From NCBI RefSeq assembly GCF_009834535.1, contig NC_045697.1, forward strand, positions 12,464,001 through 12,528,000: a DNA stretch of 64,000 bases, read 5' to 3'. Under the pieces are notes generated by a model. The model ran no database searches and was not told the origin of the DNA. It was given only the letters and a program-made list of their open reading frames with translations. The position numbers and the translations under genes are program-made. Shown piece after piece: positions 12,452-24,183 of the stretch. Source of the DNA: Camelus ferus. Lineage: Eukaryota. How positions within the stretch are numbered: the first letter of the stretch is position 1; each line of letters starts with the position of its first letter.

Positions 12452-13194
12452 TTTCAACCTTCCCCAGGTAGGACTGATTTGACATGGCAGTTACTGCCAA
12501 TGTTTGGTCGTCCTAGCTAACAGGATAGAGTGACATGATCACTTACTACCCTTCATCCTGCTGCTTGTCATGGTCTCTTTACCTTTTGTTGCCTCCCATC
12601 TCTTTTGTCGGATTCCTTCCCTGCACAGTTGCCAGTTGCTGTCTGAAAACAGGTCACTTCTGAAACTTGTAATGACTTCCACTGATACTCAAGTGGAGAG
12701 AAAATTCAGACTCAGCTGTACTTAACTTTGAAGTAAGTAGTGCTTTTAACTACTACAATATCCTGTCTTCCTCATATGGGTAAATGGAATAGATAATTAA
12801 AACATAAGCTTTCCCATTTTAGGAAATAACTTAGACCTTATTCCTAATTAAGCTATTACATTCTGACCTGCAAAGAAATTGTTTGGTTGAAGTCCAGAAA
12901 CATTTGATAAATTCCTATAATGGACCCAACATTGTGTAGATAAATGTATCTTTCCTATTTTATGAACATGCTTTTGAGTTTGAGTAATGGCATTGCCAAA
13001 CAAACAGAAAATCCAAAGGCAGGGGGAACCCTTCAAAAAACAAAAGGCAGAACACAAGAGGGAGATGAGACAATCATTCCCTGAGACTGCAAGTAACAAA
13101 TGCTTTAAAAAAAACCCCCAAAACTTTCATGAATTCTGTTTCTAAAAACTCAGGCACACTTAGCCAAGAAAAAACTCAGGAAAGCTAGAAATAG

Positions 13195-13345
13195 TATAGA
13201 ATTAACATGAATTGTAGCACCAGCTCTTCTAAAACTAGTCTTTGTATTTTTGATCAGTTACTTTCAATCTCTCTTCTTTCATCTGTAAGATAAAGGGCTG
13301 GGCCAAGGATATCCTGAGAGTTCCTTGCAATACCAGTCATTCAGG
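13195..13345 (+). mobile_element. MIR3-like fragment
   Basis: ttcatctgtaagataaagggctgggcc..gagagttccttgca. Confidence 0.55.
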
Positions 13346-13864
13346 ATTGCAACGTTCTGTGGACAAACACACAAACCAGTCTTTAATTAGAAGTTTGCAA
13401 AGGCATCTAGGGGGCCAGCGACATCTGCTCCTAAAGTCTTAAACCTTTATTAATTACTTGTTTCCCAAGGCACCTCTGTTGGTGGGAGGAGTGGGGCAGA
13501 GAAGCAGAGAACTCCTTGGACCATAGTGTTCTACTTCTGGCTTCTCACCACAAAATATTCCCCAGGACTTAGGGGCCAGATGGCAACATTTTTGAAGATG
13601 CACTAAGGGTTTGAATTCTGGTTCATATTAAATATCACATGTAAATTATTAATCTGTGGCAGATGTAACTGTATATTATTACACTGCATTAAACATTAAT
13701 GTTGCAAAGACCAGCCTATGGACCACATGGAGCTGCTGGGGACTACCATTGGTCCTCCAATTAAAATCCAGGTTTAGAATATAGGTAAATTAGGCAAAAG
13801 TCTTTAGAAGGAGTATTTATTACCAATGTGATATACAAAGAATGTGGGTATTGTTCCAAAGTAA

Positions 13865-13990
13865 ATGATAATAGCTAGCATTCACTGAGATCTTACTATG
13901 TCCCAAGTAGTCTTCTAAGTGCTTAACACATTGATAAATTTAATTTTCCTAACAGCTCTGTAAAGTAAGAATTATTGTTTACCACTGTTA
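13865..13990 (-). mobile_element. MIR fragment
   Basis: ataatagctagcattcactgagatcttactatgtccca..ctaagtgctt. Confidence 0.75.
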
Positions 13991-13999
13991 GGGAGCAAC

Positions 14000-14265
14000 C
14001 TTTATGAAGTACCAACTCTGTACTGGGAGCTGTTTGAGGTAGTGGAGATACAGAAGTGGGGCCAGACACTGTCATGGTTTTATGGAACTTACTTTCTCAT
14101 GGGATGAGACAGACAATATACCCCCAGACAAGTAAGTGAACAAAATAATTTCAAAGAAGGATAGTGCCATGAAGTAAATAAGTACAACAGAGTTACATGA
14201 TCATAAGGGACTCGGAGGGGGTTAATTTAGACTGGCTGGTCTGGAGAGTCTTCTCTGAGGAGGCG
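14000..14265 (-). mobile_element. L2 fragment
   Basis: ggagatacagaagtg..atggaacttactttctcatgggatgagacagacaat. Confidence 0.7.
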
Positions 14266-14799
14266 AGGGCCAATTTCTGTCCAATCTACAGCTTTTTCTT
14301 CTCTCAGTTTACATCTCTATTTGGATGATTCCATTTTTAAATTTTGCCTCAGCTTGTCTATGAGTGGATTGAAATAGTTTGTAGAGAGAGTAGCTGGGCT
14401 GCTGTAGTGTAAAAATGAATGTAAGTTAAGCTGAATAGATATACAGTCTAGAAATTGCTGCTGTTATTCTAGCCTTTCTCTGAGTCCGTCCATCTTTTCC
14501 TCTCCCAGGATACCATTGTCAGGAAAATGACCTTGTTATTGTCTCTTAAATAACACTATCTCTGGAGACCTATTTCTTCTTTTGGGAGATCTTTTCTTTT
14601 ACCTTCTTTGCTTGTCCTTAGAAGCCAGTCAAGTCTCCTCAATTTTTATCTCTGTTCACTTAAAAATTACTAAAATTTATGTTTGTTGCCTCAAAACTCA
14701 TCCTATTCCACTTGGAAATTGCTTTCCTTTATTACAGAGCCTGGAGAGCCAAAAAAAAAAAAAAAAAAAAAACCCAAAATAAAAACAAACAAAGAAACC

Positions 14800-15133
14800 T
14801 TGCTTAAACTACTTTGTGGCTATGGTGTAGGCACAGGACCTAGGATCGGCCAATTGAAAGACTCCCAGATTTTTGGAGATGAAAACAAGCAAAGGGAAGG
14901 GACAGTATGTCACAGAGAGACGAATCATCTAGGATAGTCCTTTGAGGGGCTAGAATGGTTCTTCTAGGCACATTTATCTAGCTGCATCTATCCTGGATTA
15001 TGTAGCATAAATCTGGTAATTTGGGTCTCACAGAGATTATATGAACCACATAATGTTTTTTTACTAAATTATTTTCTGCTTAAACTAACTGGAATGGATC
15101 CTGTTGTCTTTGACTAAGAACTCTGATCAACAC
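14800..15133 (+). mobile_element. Old MLT1 (K/L-type) LTR 3' part; start uncertain
   Basis: ctgcttaaactaactggaatggatcctgttgtctttgactaagaactctgatcaacaca terminus. Confidence 0.5.
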
Positions 15134-15173
15134 ATCTGATGTATTTACATTTTACTGAGTTACTTGATGATGG

Positions 15174-15522
15174 TGTCTTAGTCTGTTTGGGCTGCTCTAA
15201 CAAAATACCACAGTCTGGGTCGTTTATAAACCACATTTATTTCTCACAGTTCTAGAGGCTGGGAAGTCCAAGTTCGTGGTGCCAGCTGACTTGGTATCTG
15301 GTAAAGGCCTTCTTCTTAGATAGCTGTCTTCTTGCTGTGTCCCCATGTGGAAGTGACAAGGGAGTTTTCTTGGTCCTTCTTTATAAGGGCACTCATCCCA
15401 TTCATGATGACTTTGTCATAACCTAACCACCTCACAAAGGCCCCCACTTCCTAGTTTTATCACCTAGGGGATAGGATTCAACATATGAATTTTAGAGGGA
15501 CACCAACATTCATACCACAGCA
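15174..15522 (-). mobile_element. MLT1A0-like MaLR solo LTR, full length
   Basis: tgtcttagtctgtttgggctgct..ttcaacatatgaatttt..cattcataccacagca. Perfect 5-bp TSD gatgg (15169-15173 / 15523-15527). Confidence 0.92.
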
Positions 15523-17527
15523 GATGGAAAAGCATCATGGGATGGATGTTGTGATGGTGGGATGACTAATACTAGCCTCATTTGGGAGCTCTAATTCATA
15601 CCATATTGGGGGTCACTTATTCCTTATCCTCATAAATCTAGTTGCCTTTTCATTCTTTCTTATAGTTCCCTTCATAAACATGGTTTCTTCCTCAATGGAA
15701 GAATCAAAGCCATAACTATCTCACAAGCATGTTGTTTTAATTTAAATAAAATGGCTAGTATCTGTTGCCATGGAAGTTTAATAGTAAACTCAGCCAGCAT
15801 TTTACTAGTAACTGGAGGGGCTGATTAGTTCTGTGTAGGGTAGTTGATGTCCTCAAACAAGGAAGAGCGAGTCTGGGAGAAGGAAACGGGGAGAGGAAAT
15901 ATCTCCAGAGTCAGCACATTCAGGGAGCCAAAAGGATTCTGAATGACCAAATTCTTGTAGGGTAGGGTGGAAGCAGTTGGAGGGGTACTGCTAGAATAAG
16001 CAGTGGTACTAGAGGTAAGATGCGGGCTAGGTGACACAAAAAATCATAGGCCCATATTTCATTATGGGGCAGCCTGTGATCTCAGTCCCTTCACCACAGT
16101 CCAGTCGGAAGGACTTCCTCCTTCCTCCTTTCCCTACATTAACTTAAGTAGTCACCTTCGATTTTCAACCATGTGTGTATCCTTGTTAGCTACCTGGGGG
16201 CAGGGTCCTGATCAAGTGATTGAATTCATCTCTCTGAAACACTGAGAAGATTGGGCAAAATACATGCTCAGGCTATGGCAGAGATAGGAAGAGTCATTTT
16301 AAAAACTCTTTGATAAATATGTGCTTGAAAAATTCTGGTTGATTGAGGGTTTGGACCCCTTGAATTCTGGTAAATTCCTTCATTTATTTATGCTCCAGTT
16401 TAAAAAAAATGCCAATACACTCTTGGGAAAGCTATGAATTCAATAATAAAACTGAATCTTTCTCATGCCAGAGTCCAAAGGGCCAATTTTCCACTAAACA
16501 ATGCATTGATTTGACCTAATAATTTTAGAATTTCTTTTTATCTTTCCTACCTCCCCTCTTTCTCCTCCTTCTCCTGCTCCTTCTTTTTAGTTAAACTCAA
16601 ATTCTCTATTGAAGTTTAGAATTAACATCTTGATGCTTAATCCAGAATTACTTCTGTCAGTTTCTGGAAATTGTCTTTATTTCAGATATTTACAGACATC
16701 AGCAGTTCCTTTAAATCAAGGAACTGTTGATTTTATCTGAGGCTTGCCCAAGTACTATTAGCACAAAGAATAATTATTTCATATAAAATAGTCAGAAAAA
16801 ACTTGAACAGCCATAGGTCAGTGATAGGAAAAGCAGTCATTATTATGGGCCAGGGCAAACCCAGCCATTATTTTTGTTTTATTTTGTTTTTTTTTTTTTT
16901 TAAATGTGTTAAAACTGAAAACATATTTTGCCAGCCACCTCCTCCCTTGTCTTTTTGAAAGTCCGTATGTTCTTCAGGGGAAAATTGAATTCAGCTTCAT
17001 TTGAGTCTTTGCAAAATTTTAAAAGAGCTGTTTGATATACAAGATTTCTAGGTCCTTAGAAATCAGATCTAAAGTCAATTGCTTGGACAAAATTCAAATT
17101 GCATTTTCTCAACACTTTAAAACATATTTGGGTCAGATTCAAAAGTTCAATCTTCTGCTACTTGGAACTAGATGCACACACTGGCAGGGCATATTTACAC
17201 ATTGCTTATTTTTCAGGAGACTTTAAGAGGTCATAAATTTTGCCCACATTTAGTATTCAATTATCCACATTCACACTCAATAAACATGTTTTGCTTTGAA
17301 CTAGCATCTGGGTATAGTAGCTTTTGCGATTCCCCCCTCTCATGGGTAAGAGTGGATTCATTTTCGTGGTAGAAGAATACATTACTCTGTGTGTCAAGAA
17401 ATGTTGAGAGAAAATAACCAATTGTGGGTTGTCTGAGCCTCCTTAAATCTGTTTCTACCTGCTCTGGATTGGGCGTGAACCTGATTGTCACAGTATTTGA
17501 GTCTAGATTAAGATCCCATTCAAATGG

Positions 17528-17616
17528 GAGAAAAAGTGTACTGAACTGCGGTTAGGAGGAGGAATTTGAATTCTAATCCTTTGCTTTCTCATCACCTGGC
17601 TGTGTGACCCCATGAA

Positions 17617-17649
<33 letters not shown>

Positions 17650-17692
17650 CTTGGGCCTGAGTTTCTTCATTTAATTAGAAGAGGATAGACCA
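17528..17692 (+). mobile_element. MIR3-like fragment containing a T29 run
   Basis: gctgtgtgacc..cctgagtttcttcatt; poly(T) at 17619-17647. Confidence 0.6.
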
Positions 17693-17694
17693 TA

Positions 17695-17855
17695 GCAGTG
17701 TTTTCAAACTGGATGGGCTCTTCTGAGCCCTGTGGTTCCAAAAAGTTGTCTTCAGAGCTCTCTGGCTTTTACAGGATCTACATGTAAAGATTTTGCAGAA
17801 AACTGCTTTGTATTAAAAGGATTCTGCTGCTATAAAACAAAGATGAAAAAACTCT
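17695..17855. mobile_element. MER103C-like hAT MITE
   Basis: cagtgttttcaaactg..gagccctgtggttcc..aaaaggattctgctgctataaaac..tgaaaaact. Confidence 0.65.
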
Positions 17856-18090
17856 CAATTCTTGTATTTTAGCTTTTTAAGTTCAGTTGTTTTTAGTGAG
17901 CATTTACTATGTCTTGTCAAGGGTTTTAAATTATCTGGAAGAAGTTATACCTGGATGTGAGCTGAGGAAACGGAAATTCAGTTTTACCTGTTGACACTGA
18001 TCTCTTAGATTCCAGAGTCCACAAGCCTGGAGTTGCTTCTCTGCTGTTTGAAATAGACTGCTGGGTTTTAAAAATGGCCTAGATTACAGG

Positions 18091-18665
18091 CACCTTGGAA
18101 AAATTGGGTGGCAGTATCTCTTATAGCTAAACATATGCATAACCTATGACCAGAAATTCCACTCCTAGATAAATGCCCATCATAAATGTATGTACATATT
18201 TCCCAAAACACATGCACAAGAATATTCATAGCAGCATCATTTGTAACAATTCTAATATGGAGAATCTAAAAGTTCATCAACAGTGGTAAAGATAAATAAC
18301 TTTGTATTGTACTCATAATGGAAAATTACTCAGCAGTGAGAATGATGGATATACAACTACACATAACAATATAGATGAATTTCACAAGCACAAAAGAATA
18401 CACATAATTACAAATTCACTTATAAAATATAAAGACAGGCAAAACTAATCTATGTTGTTAGAAGTCAGGATTATGGAAACCACTGTAGAGGGAGAAGAAA
18501 AGTGGGAGAGGATCGTGAGCAGGGGCTTCCGGGATGCCAATAATGGACTCTTCCTTATCCTGGGTGCTGGTACATATGTGTGCTTAGTTTGTGAAAATGC
18601 ACTAAACTGTATCCTTATGATGTGTCCTTTAAAATATACATTATATTTATTAAAATTTTAAAAAA
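18091..18665 (+). mobile_element. L1ME-type ORF2 end and 3' UTR
   Basis: cctatgaccagaaattccactcctag..ggcaaaactaatctatgttgttagaagtcagga. Confidence 0.85.
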
Positions 18666-19029
18666 TCTGCTAGATTGTCTTCTCAAATCTGCTTCCTAAG
18701 ATTAGTTAGTGCAAAAGAAAGTAACTTTATCAGTTCTGGTAGTACTTTATGTCATGGGCAAAAGGGCATGTGTTCAACTTCAAGGTATTAAGTTGAAATA
18801 ATATTGGGCTGAATGGATTCACCTAATACAAATGATTACCCGTCACCCTGCACCTGTGAATGTTGGTCAGCGTGCTTCTCCCAGTTGTAATTTTAGAAGG
18901 TACTGGTTTAAACTCTCTTATATCACATGACAAGCCTTTCTTTTTCTTATTGACTGTTTAAAACCCAACTCATGGAGTCTTCTGGTTCCTCTCCTGAAAG
19001 ATTAATTGCAAAAGGAATTTCTCTCCTGC

Positions 19030-21073
19030 CAGAAACAACTATAACTGGGAAAAATATATGAACTAATGGTTCCCAGACATTAGACAATAGGCAGTGCAGG
19101 ACTGTGATGCCTAAGAGAGGGAAACAGACATGGGAAGCCCTTTGATTATCCTGGTTTACTCCTTGAAAGGGGAACTAAAACAGAGAGTGGCCTCACTGTG
19201 TTGAGACAGAATTCAGGGAGGCAAAGGCAGCTAAAATTTGAGGGACAGAGAGAAGGGAGCTAGCGAACGTGAGGGGGGGAGGGAGGAGGGAAGCGCATGA
19301 GCCTCTAATCTTGGCCAAGGACTAGCACATGTATGTAAGAGAGGGAAGCGCCTGAGGCTAGGGGAAGAACCACTGGAAGAAAAACAGGTGAAGATTTCTG
19401 AAGCTCACAAAGGACTAATTGTTTGTATTCCCACAAGCCATAGCTTATTATTCTAGAGATTTGGTAAAATCTTCAGAAGGGTTACACTGTTAATAGTGGG
19501 GTTAAATTAGCCCCAGCTAAAGGTCTGCTCATGACCTGCCATAACAGAATTTAAAAGGGAGCATTGTAAGGATTAATCTTGCTCTTCAAGTTATTTAATT
19601 GGGTGCTGTGGTAGGCTGAATAATGGCTCCCCAGAATATACAGGTCCTAATCCTTGAAAACTAAATGTAACCTGCTATTAAAAAGGGGCCTTTGAAGATG
19701 TAATTATGTTAAGGATCTTGAGATGGGAAGATCATCTTGGATTACTTGGGTGATGCCTAAGATTTCATTACAGAAGAAGACAAGGCGAGGTACTGAGGGA
19801 AGCAGAGACTGGAGAGATGTGGTCACAAGACAAGGAATTCTGGCAGCTACCGAAGCTAGAAGGGGCAGGAAATTCATTAGGAAGAACCAGACTTGCCAGC
19901 AACTTAACTTACTAAGACATTTTGGACTCTAGCCTCCAAAACTATAAGAAATTAAATTTGTGGTGTTTTAGCCACTAAATTTCTGGTGATTTGTTATTGT
20001 TTCAGTAGAAACTAATAGAGGGACCAAAGCAAAACTCAATAGTCTTTAAAGGAATAAAAAAATAGAGAACCCAGCCATGTTAAAATTTATGAGGTCTACC
20101 ATTCAGAACAAATTACTAGATGTGAATAGACAGAAATATATCACACATAACCGGGAAAAAAAATCAGTCAATAGAAAAATACCCCCCAAAAAGGAATTAT
20201 AGAGGGACTTTGACAGCTGTTATAAATCTTCTAAACATGCTCAAGAATATTAAACATTTCAAGCTTTAATATGATGAATAGAAAAATGAAAGATATAAAA
20301 GAGACACAAATGGAACTTTTAGGGATGCAAATATAGTCTCTAAAATGAAATATTCACTAGATGGGATTAATGGACTGGATTAGATTAGATATTGCAGAAG
20401 AAAGTACCACTGAATTTGAAGACATAGCAATAAAACTATCTTAATTTAAGCATAATGAGAAAAATGGGTGGGGAAAAAAGCCTCAGTGAGCTGTGGGACA
20501 GTATCGGGTGAATTACCATGTAAGTAATTGGAATCTCAGAAGGAAGAGAGGTCAGAAAAACTGCAGAAATGATGATTGAACATTTTCCAAATTTGATGAA
20601 ATCTACAAACCTACAGATCCAAGAAGCTCAAAAATTCCCAAGCAGAAGAAGCATATTAAGAATCACATCGAGTCAACATCATAATGAAACTAGAGAAAAC
20701 CAGTGAAAAAGAGAACTTCCAAAGCAAAGAAAAAAGACATTATATACAGAGGGACAAAGATAAGAATGTAGAAGACTTGTCAGAAACATACAGTGCTGAG
20801 AGAAAAAACTGTCAACTATACCTAGTGTTAGCATCTTTAAAAATTAAAGGCAAATGAATAACTTTTTCAAATTATCAAAATCATAGAAAATTTATCACCA
20901 GCAGACCTGCACTACAAGAAATACTGAACGAAGTTCTTCAGGCAGAAGGAAAAGGAAGACAAATTGAAATTTGGACCTATAGAAAGGAATGAAAATTGCT
21001 AGAAATGGCAAGTGTAGGGGTGAATAGAAAATATTTTTTTAATCATCTAAAAAATCTGTTGAAAAGATAATTG
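19030..21073 (+). mobile_element. Ancient L1 5' UTR and ORF1 (degenerate), interrupted by MLT1D
   Basis: ORF1 motifs agattagatattgcagaagaaag..gaatttgaagacatagcaata, acagatccaagaagctcaa, atcaccagcagacctgcactacaagaaata. Confidence 0.82.
19607..20019 (+). mobile_element. MLT1D MaLR solo LTR
   Basis: tgtggtaggctgaataatggctcccc..ttaaggatcttgagatggg..agccactaaatt..gaaactaataga. Confidence 0.88.
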
Positions 21074-21232
21074 ATTCTAGGGCAGTGAAACTATTCTATA
21101 TGATACTATATAGGTAGATACATGTCATTATACATTAGTCCAAACACCAAGAGTAAATCCTAACTTTGGGTGATTATGATGTGTGAATGTAAGTTCATTA
21201 ATCACAACAAGTGTACCACTGTGGTGGGGGAG
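21074..21232 (+). mobile_element. L1MC-type 3' UTR fragment
   Basis: agggcagtgaaactattctatatgatacta..gatacatgtcattatacat..aacaagtgtaccactgtggtgggg. Confidence 0.75.
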
Positions 21233-21424
21233 ACTCCTGCATCAATGTCAATAAATATCACGGCCAAGGTAGAGTGGAGCTGATAAGAATACAGATTCAA
21301 ATTGGACTTTAAATATGGGGCTCAGAAAAACTCCTGTTTGGAAGAGTAGGTAGCTATGGTGACTTTTTATTTGGTTCCTGTGGTTCAACTTGGTGCCTGA
21401 AGAATTTGGATGTGCACCTTCAAC

Positions 21425-22186
21425 TCTAGGATAGAAAGGAGATCAGTGGTTGCCTAGGGATGGCAGCGGGTGGGCAGGGAAAGATTGGAGGGAGGGATTT
21501 CAAAGAGGCATGAGGAAACTTTTGGGAGAGATGGATACGTTTATTATCCTGATTGTGGTGACAGTTTTCACACAGGAGGAAAAAAGGTAGGGTAGGGCAC
21601 AATCATTAAAAGAATGGCTCTGCAGTTAGCACCAAGATGATGGAAGATTCAACTCCTAGTAGACCTTGAGCTTCATTATACGCTCATTGTAATACTTAAA
21701 CTGCTAAATGGCCCTCCCCCAGGTGCCATCACAGTTTCAAGGGTCACCATAAAAGGTCAAAAAGTGAGTGATGGCCGAATTCCTGGGAATCCTCCACCCC
21801 TTCCCCAAAGTAATTGGAATAATCTTCCAACTTGTTAGCACATGAAGTTACTGAGCCCATAAAAACTAACCATCCCGCACCTTGTGTTCACTCTTTCTTG
21901 CCTTCTGAGATGGCCTGCACTCTGTCTATGGAGTATGAATCTCTCTAAATAAATCTACATTCACTCTACTATGGCTCGCTCTTGAATTCTTTCCTGCATG
22001 AAGCCAAGGACCCTCACCCGGTGGGGCTTGTCCCAGGGACTTGACCGAGACCTGGGATGCGGCCATCCTCTCGTGCCCCATTTTTCTTGCATCATTTTCA
22101 CAGATGTATGCATATGTCAAAACTTGTCAAATTGTACACTTTAAACACATGCTGTTTATTGTATGTTAATTACACCTCAAGGAAAC
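21425..22186 (+). mobile_element. L1MD-type 3' end split by a MER41-like LTR
   Basis: agatcagtggttgcctaggg..gaggaaacttttggg..gattgtggtga | catatgtcaaaact..aattgtacactttaaa. Confidence 0.8.
21573..22094 (+). mobile_element. MER41-like ERV1 solo LTR
   Basis: gcactctgtctatggagta..aataaa..ggctcgctcttgaattctttcctgcatgaagccaaggaccct; 3' end ..ttgcatca. Confidence 0.8.
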
Positions 22187-22844
22187 CGCTTGCTTGCTTC
22201 TGCTGCTTGCTTAACCAAGTGATATTGCAGAGGTGGCTGTTCATGCTTTTATTTCATCTTAACTCTTCTGGAATTAGGCTTATTACCATGTTGAAAGTTG
22301 CAGGCATTTGTGATGATTTAAGTGACACAAGAGGCAAATCAGTATTTCAGTTTAGGAGTGCCAGCAAGTTCCAAAAGGTGGAGGAAGTTTGGTTTGAGAT
22401 ACTTACATGGGGAGAGGCCACTTCTGTTGTTCAATTTTCTGCTCAGGTCTCCATCTAAGACTCTTTGGATACTCACATTCTTGTATTTCTGGCACCTAGC
22501 TGGCTGAATCTCATCTTCCCAGTCTTCCTACCCTTTGTTGACCTGGAATGAACTCATGCAAATCATACGCAAATGAAGAGTATTCACTGCATTTAATTAT
22601 TTTTCAGTGAAATATGGAGCTGTTTAATTTTTGACAAGACTATTTATTGCAGTGATAAAAATTTCCAGACTTGAATTTGAAATTTCTTATTTGCTAGAAT
22701 AATATCTTATTACTGAAGCATTAATTCCAACAAGGATGAAATTAAAAAATTCATATTCCTTGATTCCTTCAGAATATGAAACATTGGAAAAGGCAGGGAC
22801 TTTTAAATCAAATCAGAGAGACCTATTTTCAACTCTTTTACAGA

Positions 22845-23033
22845 CAAAATCTGTTAACGGTGGGTAAGTTGTTTAAATTTTCTCCAGTGCAACTTCCTTC
22901 AGTGTAAAATGGAGACAGTAATAGCTTTCTTGTATTTGTGTGTGTGTGTGTGCATGTGTGCGTGTGAGGATTAGAGCTAATGCTTGTAAAGTACCTATCA
23001 TAATGCCTCAATGAATCCTCAATAAACTGTAGT
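22845..23033 (+). mobile_element. MIR with internal (TG)n
   Basis: gtgtaaaatggagacagtaatag..gtgaggatta..ctcaataaactgtag. Confidence 0.75.
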
Positions 23034-23977
23034 GGATTTTTAGTTTGTAAACACAACCAGATTTCATGACTTTTTAAAAATCACTTTTTATTGATAATAC
23101 AAGGCCGGGCATTTTGATTCTCTTTCCCTCTCCCCCTCCACACTCACTCCTATGTGCATATATATTTTAATTTCCTTGATTCTTTCTCCCTTGATGAGTG
23201 AAATACTAATTTTAGCTGTCCTGAAGTTAGTCCTTTTGTGGTGAATTCTTCCCTTGTCTTTCTCCCCCATTCAGATCTCCTTTTCCAATGTTACCAAGCC
23301 AAGACAAAAATGTTGGCTATGAGAAATATTTATTGGGTGCCATTTAGACAAATATAAGAATCTGACTGAATGCTCTCCACCACTGGCAGTTGAAACTAAA
23401 CCCAGAGTTGCCATGGATACTGGTTGCTTGGCCTCTGCTCCAACATATTAGAGCCTTTTTAGTTCAACAATGTGCAAACCACAGATGTTGCCATGCATTG
23501 TATTCGTAATCAGCTTGGATCCCTTAGCAGAAGAAAATTTTGGGTTTGCTTTAGCACAGAAGGATCTAAATTCTCAAAAGGAACAGAACACCCCGTGTCC
23601 TCCATTGTGTCTCCTGGTAGAGGTAGTAATCTCTGTAGACACTGTTTTCACCTTTCTCTCTGCTTAATTTAATCTGAAGAGTTTACTCCTCTCTTGATAT
23701 TTATTTGGAAATAAGAATCCCTACTGCATATTCTGTAAAACACAGCAGGGGCAGCAGTTAGGAAAATTGCACACAGCTTTGGGTGCAGGACTTAAAACAA
23801 GGCATAATCGAAGGAGAGAGAATACAAGAAACCCTGGGTTCTATATGAGAGCTGGAGTAGAGTCACAGCAGAGAGATCTCAGGTTGATTCGAAAAGCACT
23901 GACTTTGCCGCCGCTCACCAGCTCTGTGTCCTTGGGCAAATTAATCCATGTAAACTGTAGTTTCCTTATTTCAGTGG

Positions 23978-24183
23978 TTCTTCCACTTGTATGGACCTTT
24001 CTGAGTACACAGGGCCCATCCGAATAATCCAGGGTAATCTTAGTTATTTAAGGTCACTTGATTATCAACCTTAATTCCATCTGCAACCTTAATTTCTCTT
24101 TGCCATGTAACATATTCACATGCTCTGGGGATCCAGAGACATATGTGGCCATTTTTGGGAGGGGGCCATTGTTCTATAATGCA
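23978..24183 (-). mobile_element. MLT1D-like LTR 5' fragment
   Basis: ataatccagggtaatct..aaggtcacttgattatcaaccttaattccatctgcaaccttaatt..ttgccatgtaacatattcaca. Confidence 0.82.

Noticed and set aside
11847..12520. ORFs with THTHTH / VCMYVC repeats
   Set aside because: Translations of (CA)n and (TATG)n microsatellites.
13400..13590. CTCF-like motifs (gcgacatctgctcc, ccagatggcaac)
   Set aside because: Only partial core matches, lacking the 5' CC(A) positions; not supportable without a PWM score or ChIP data.
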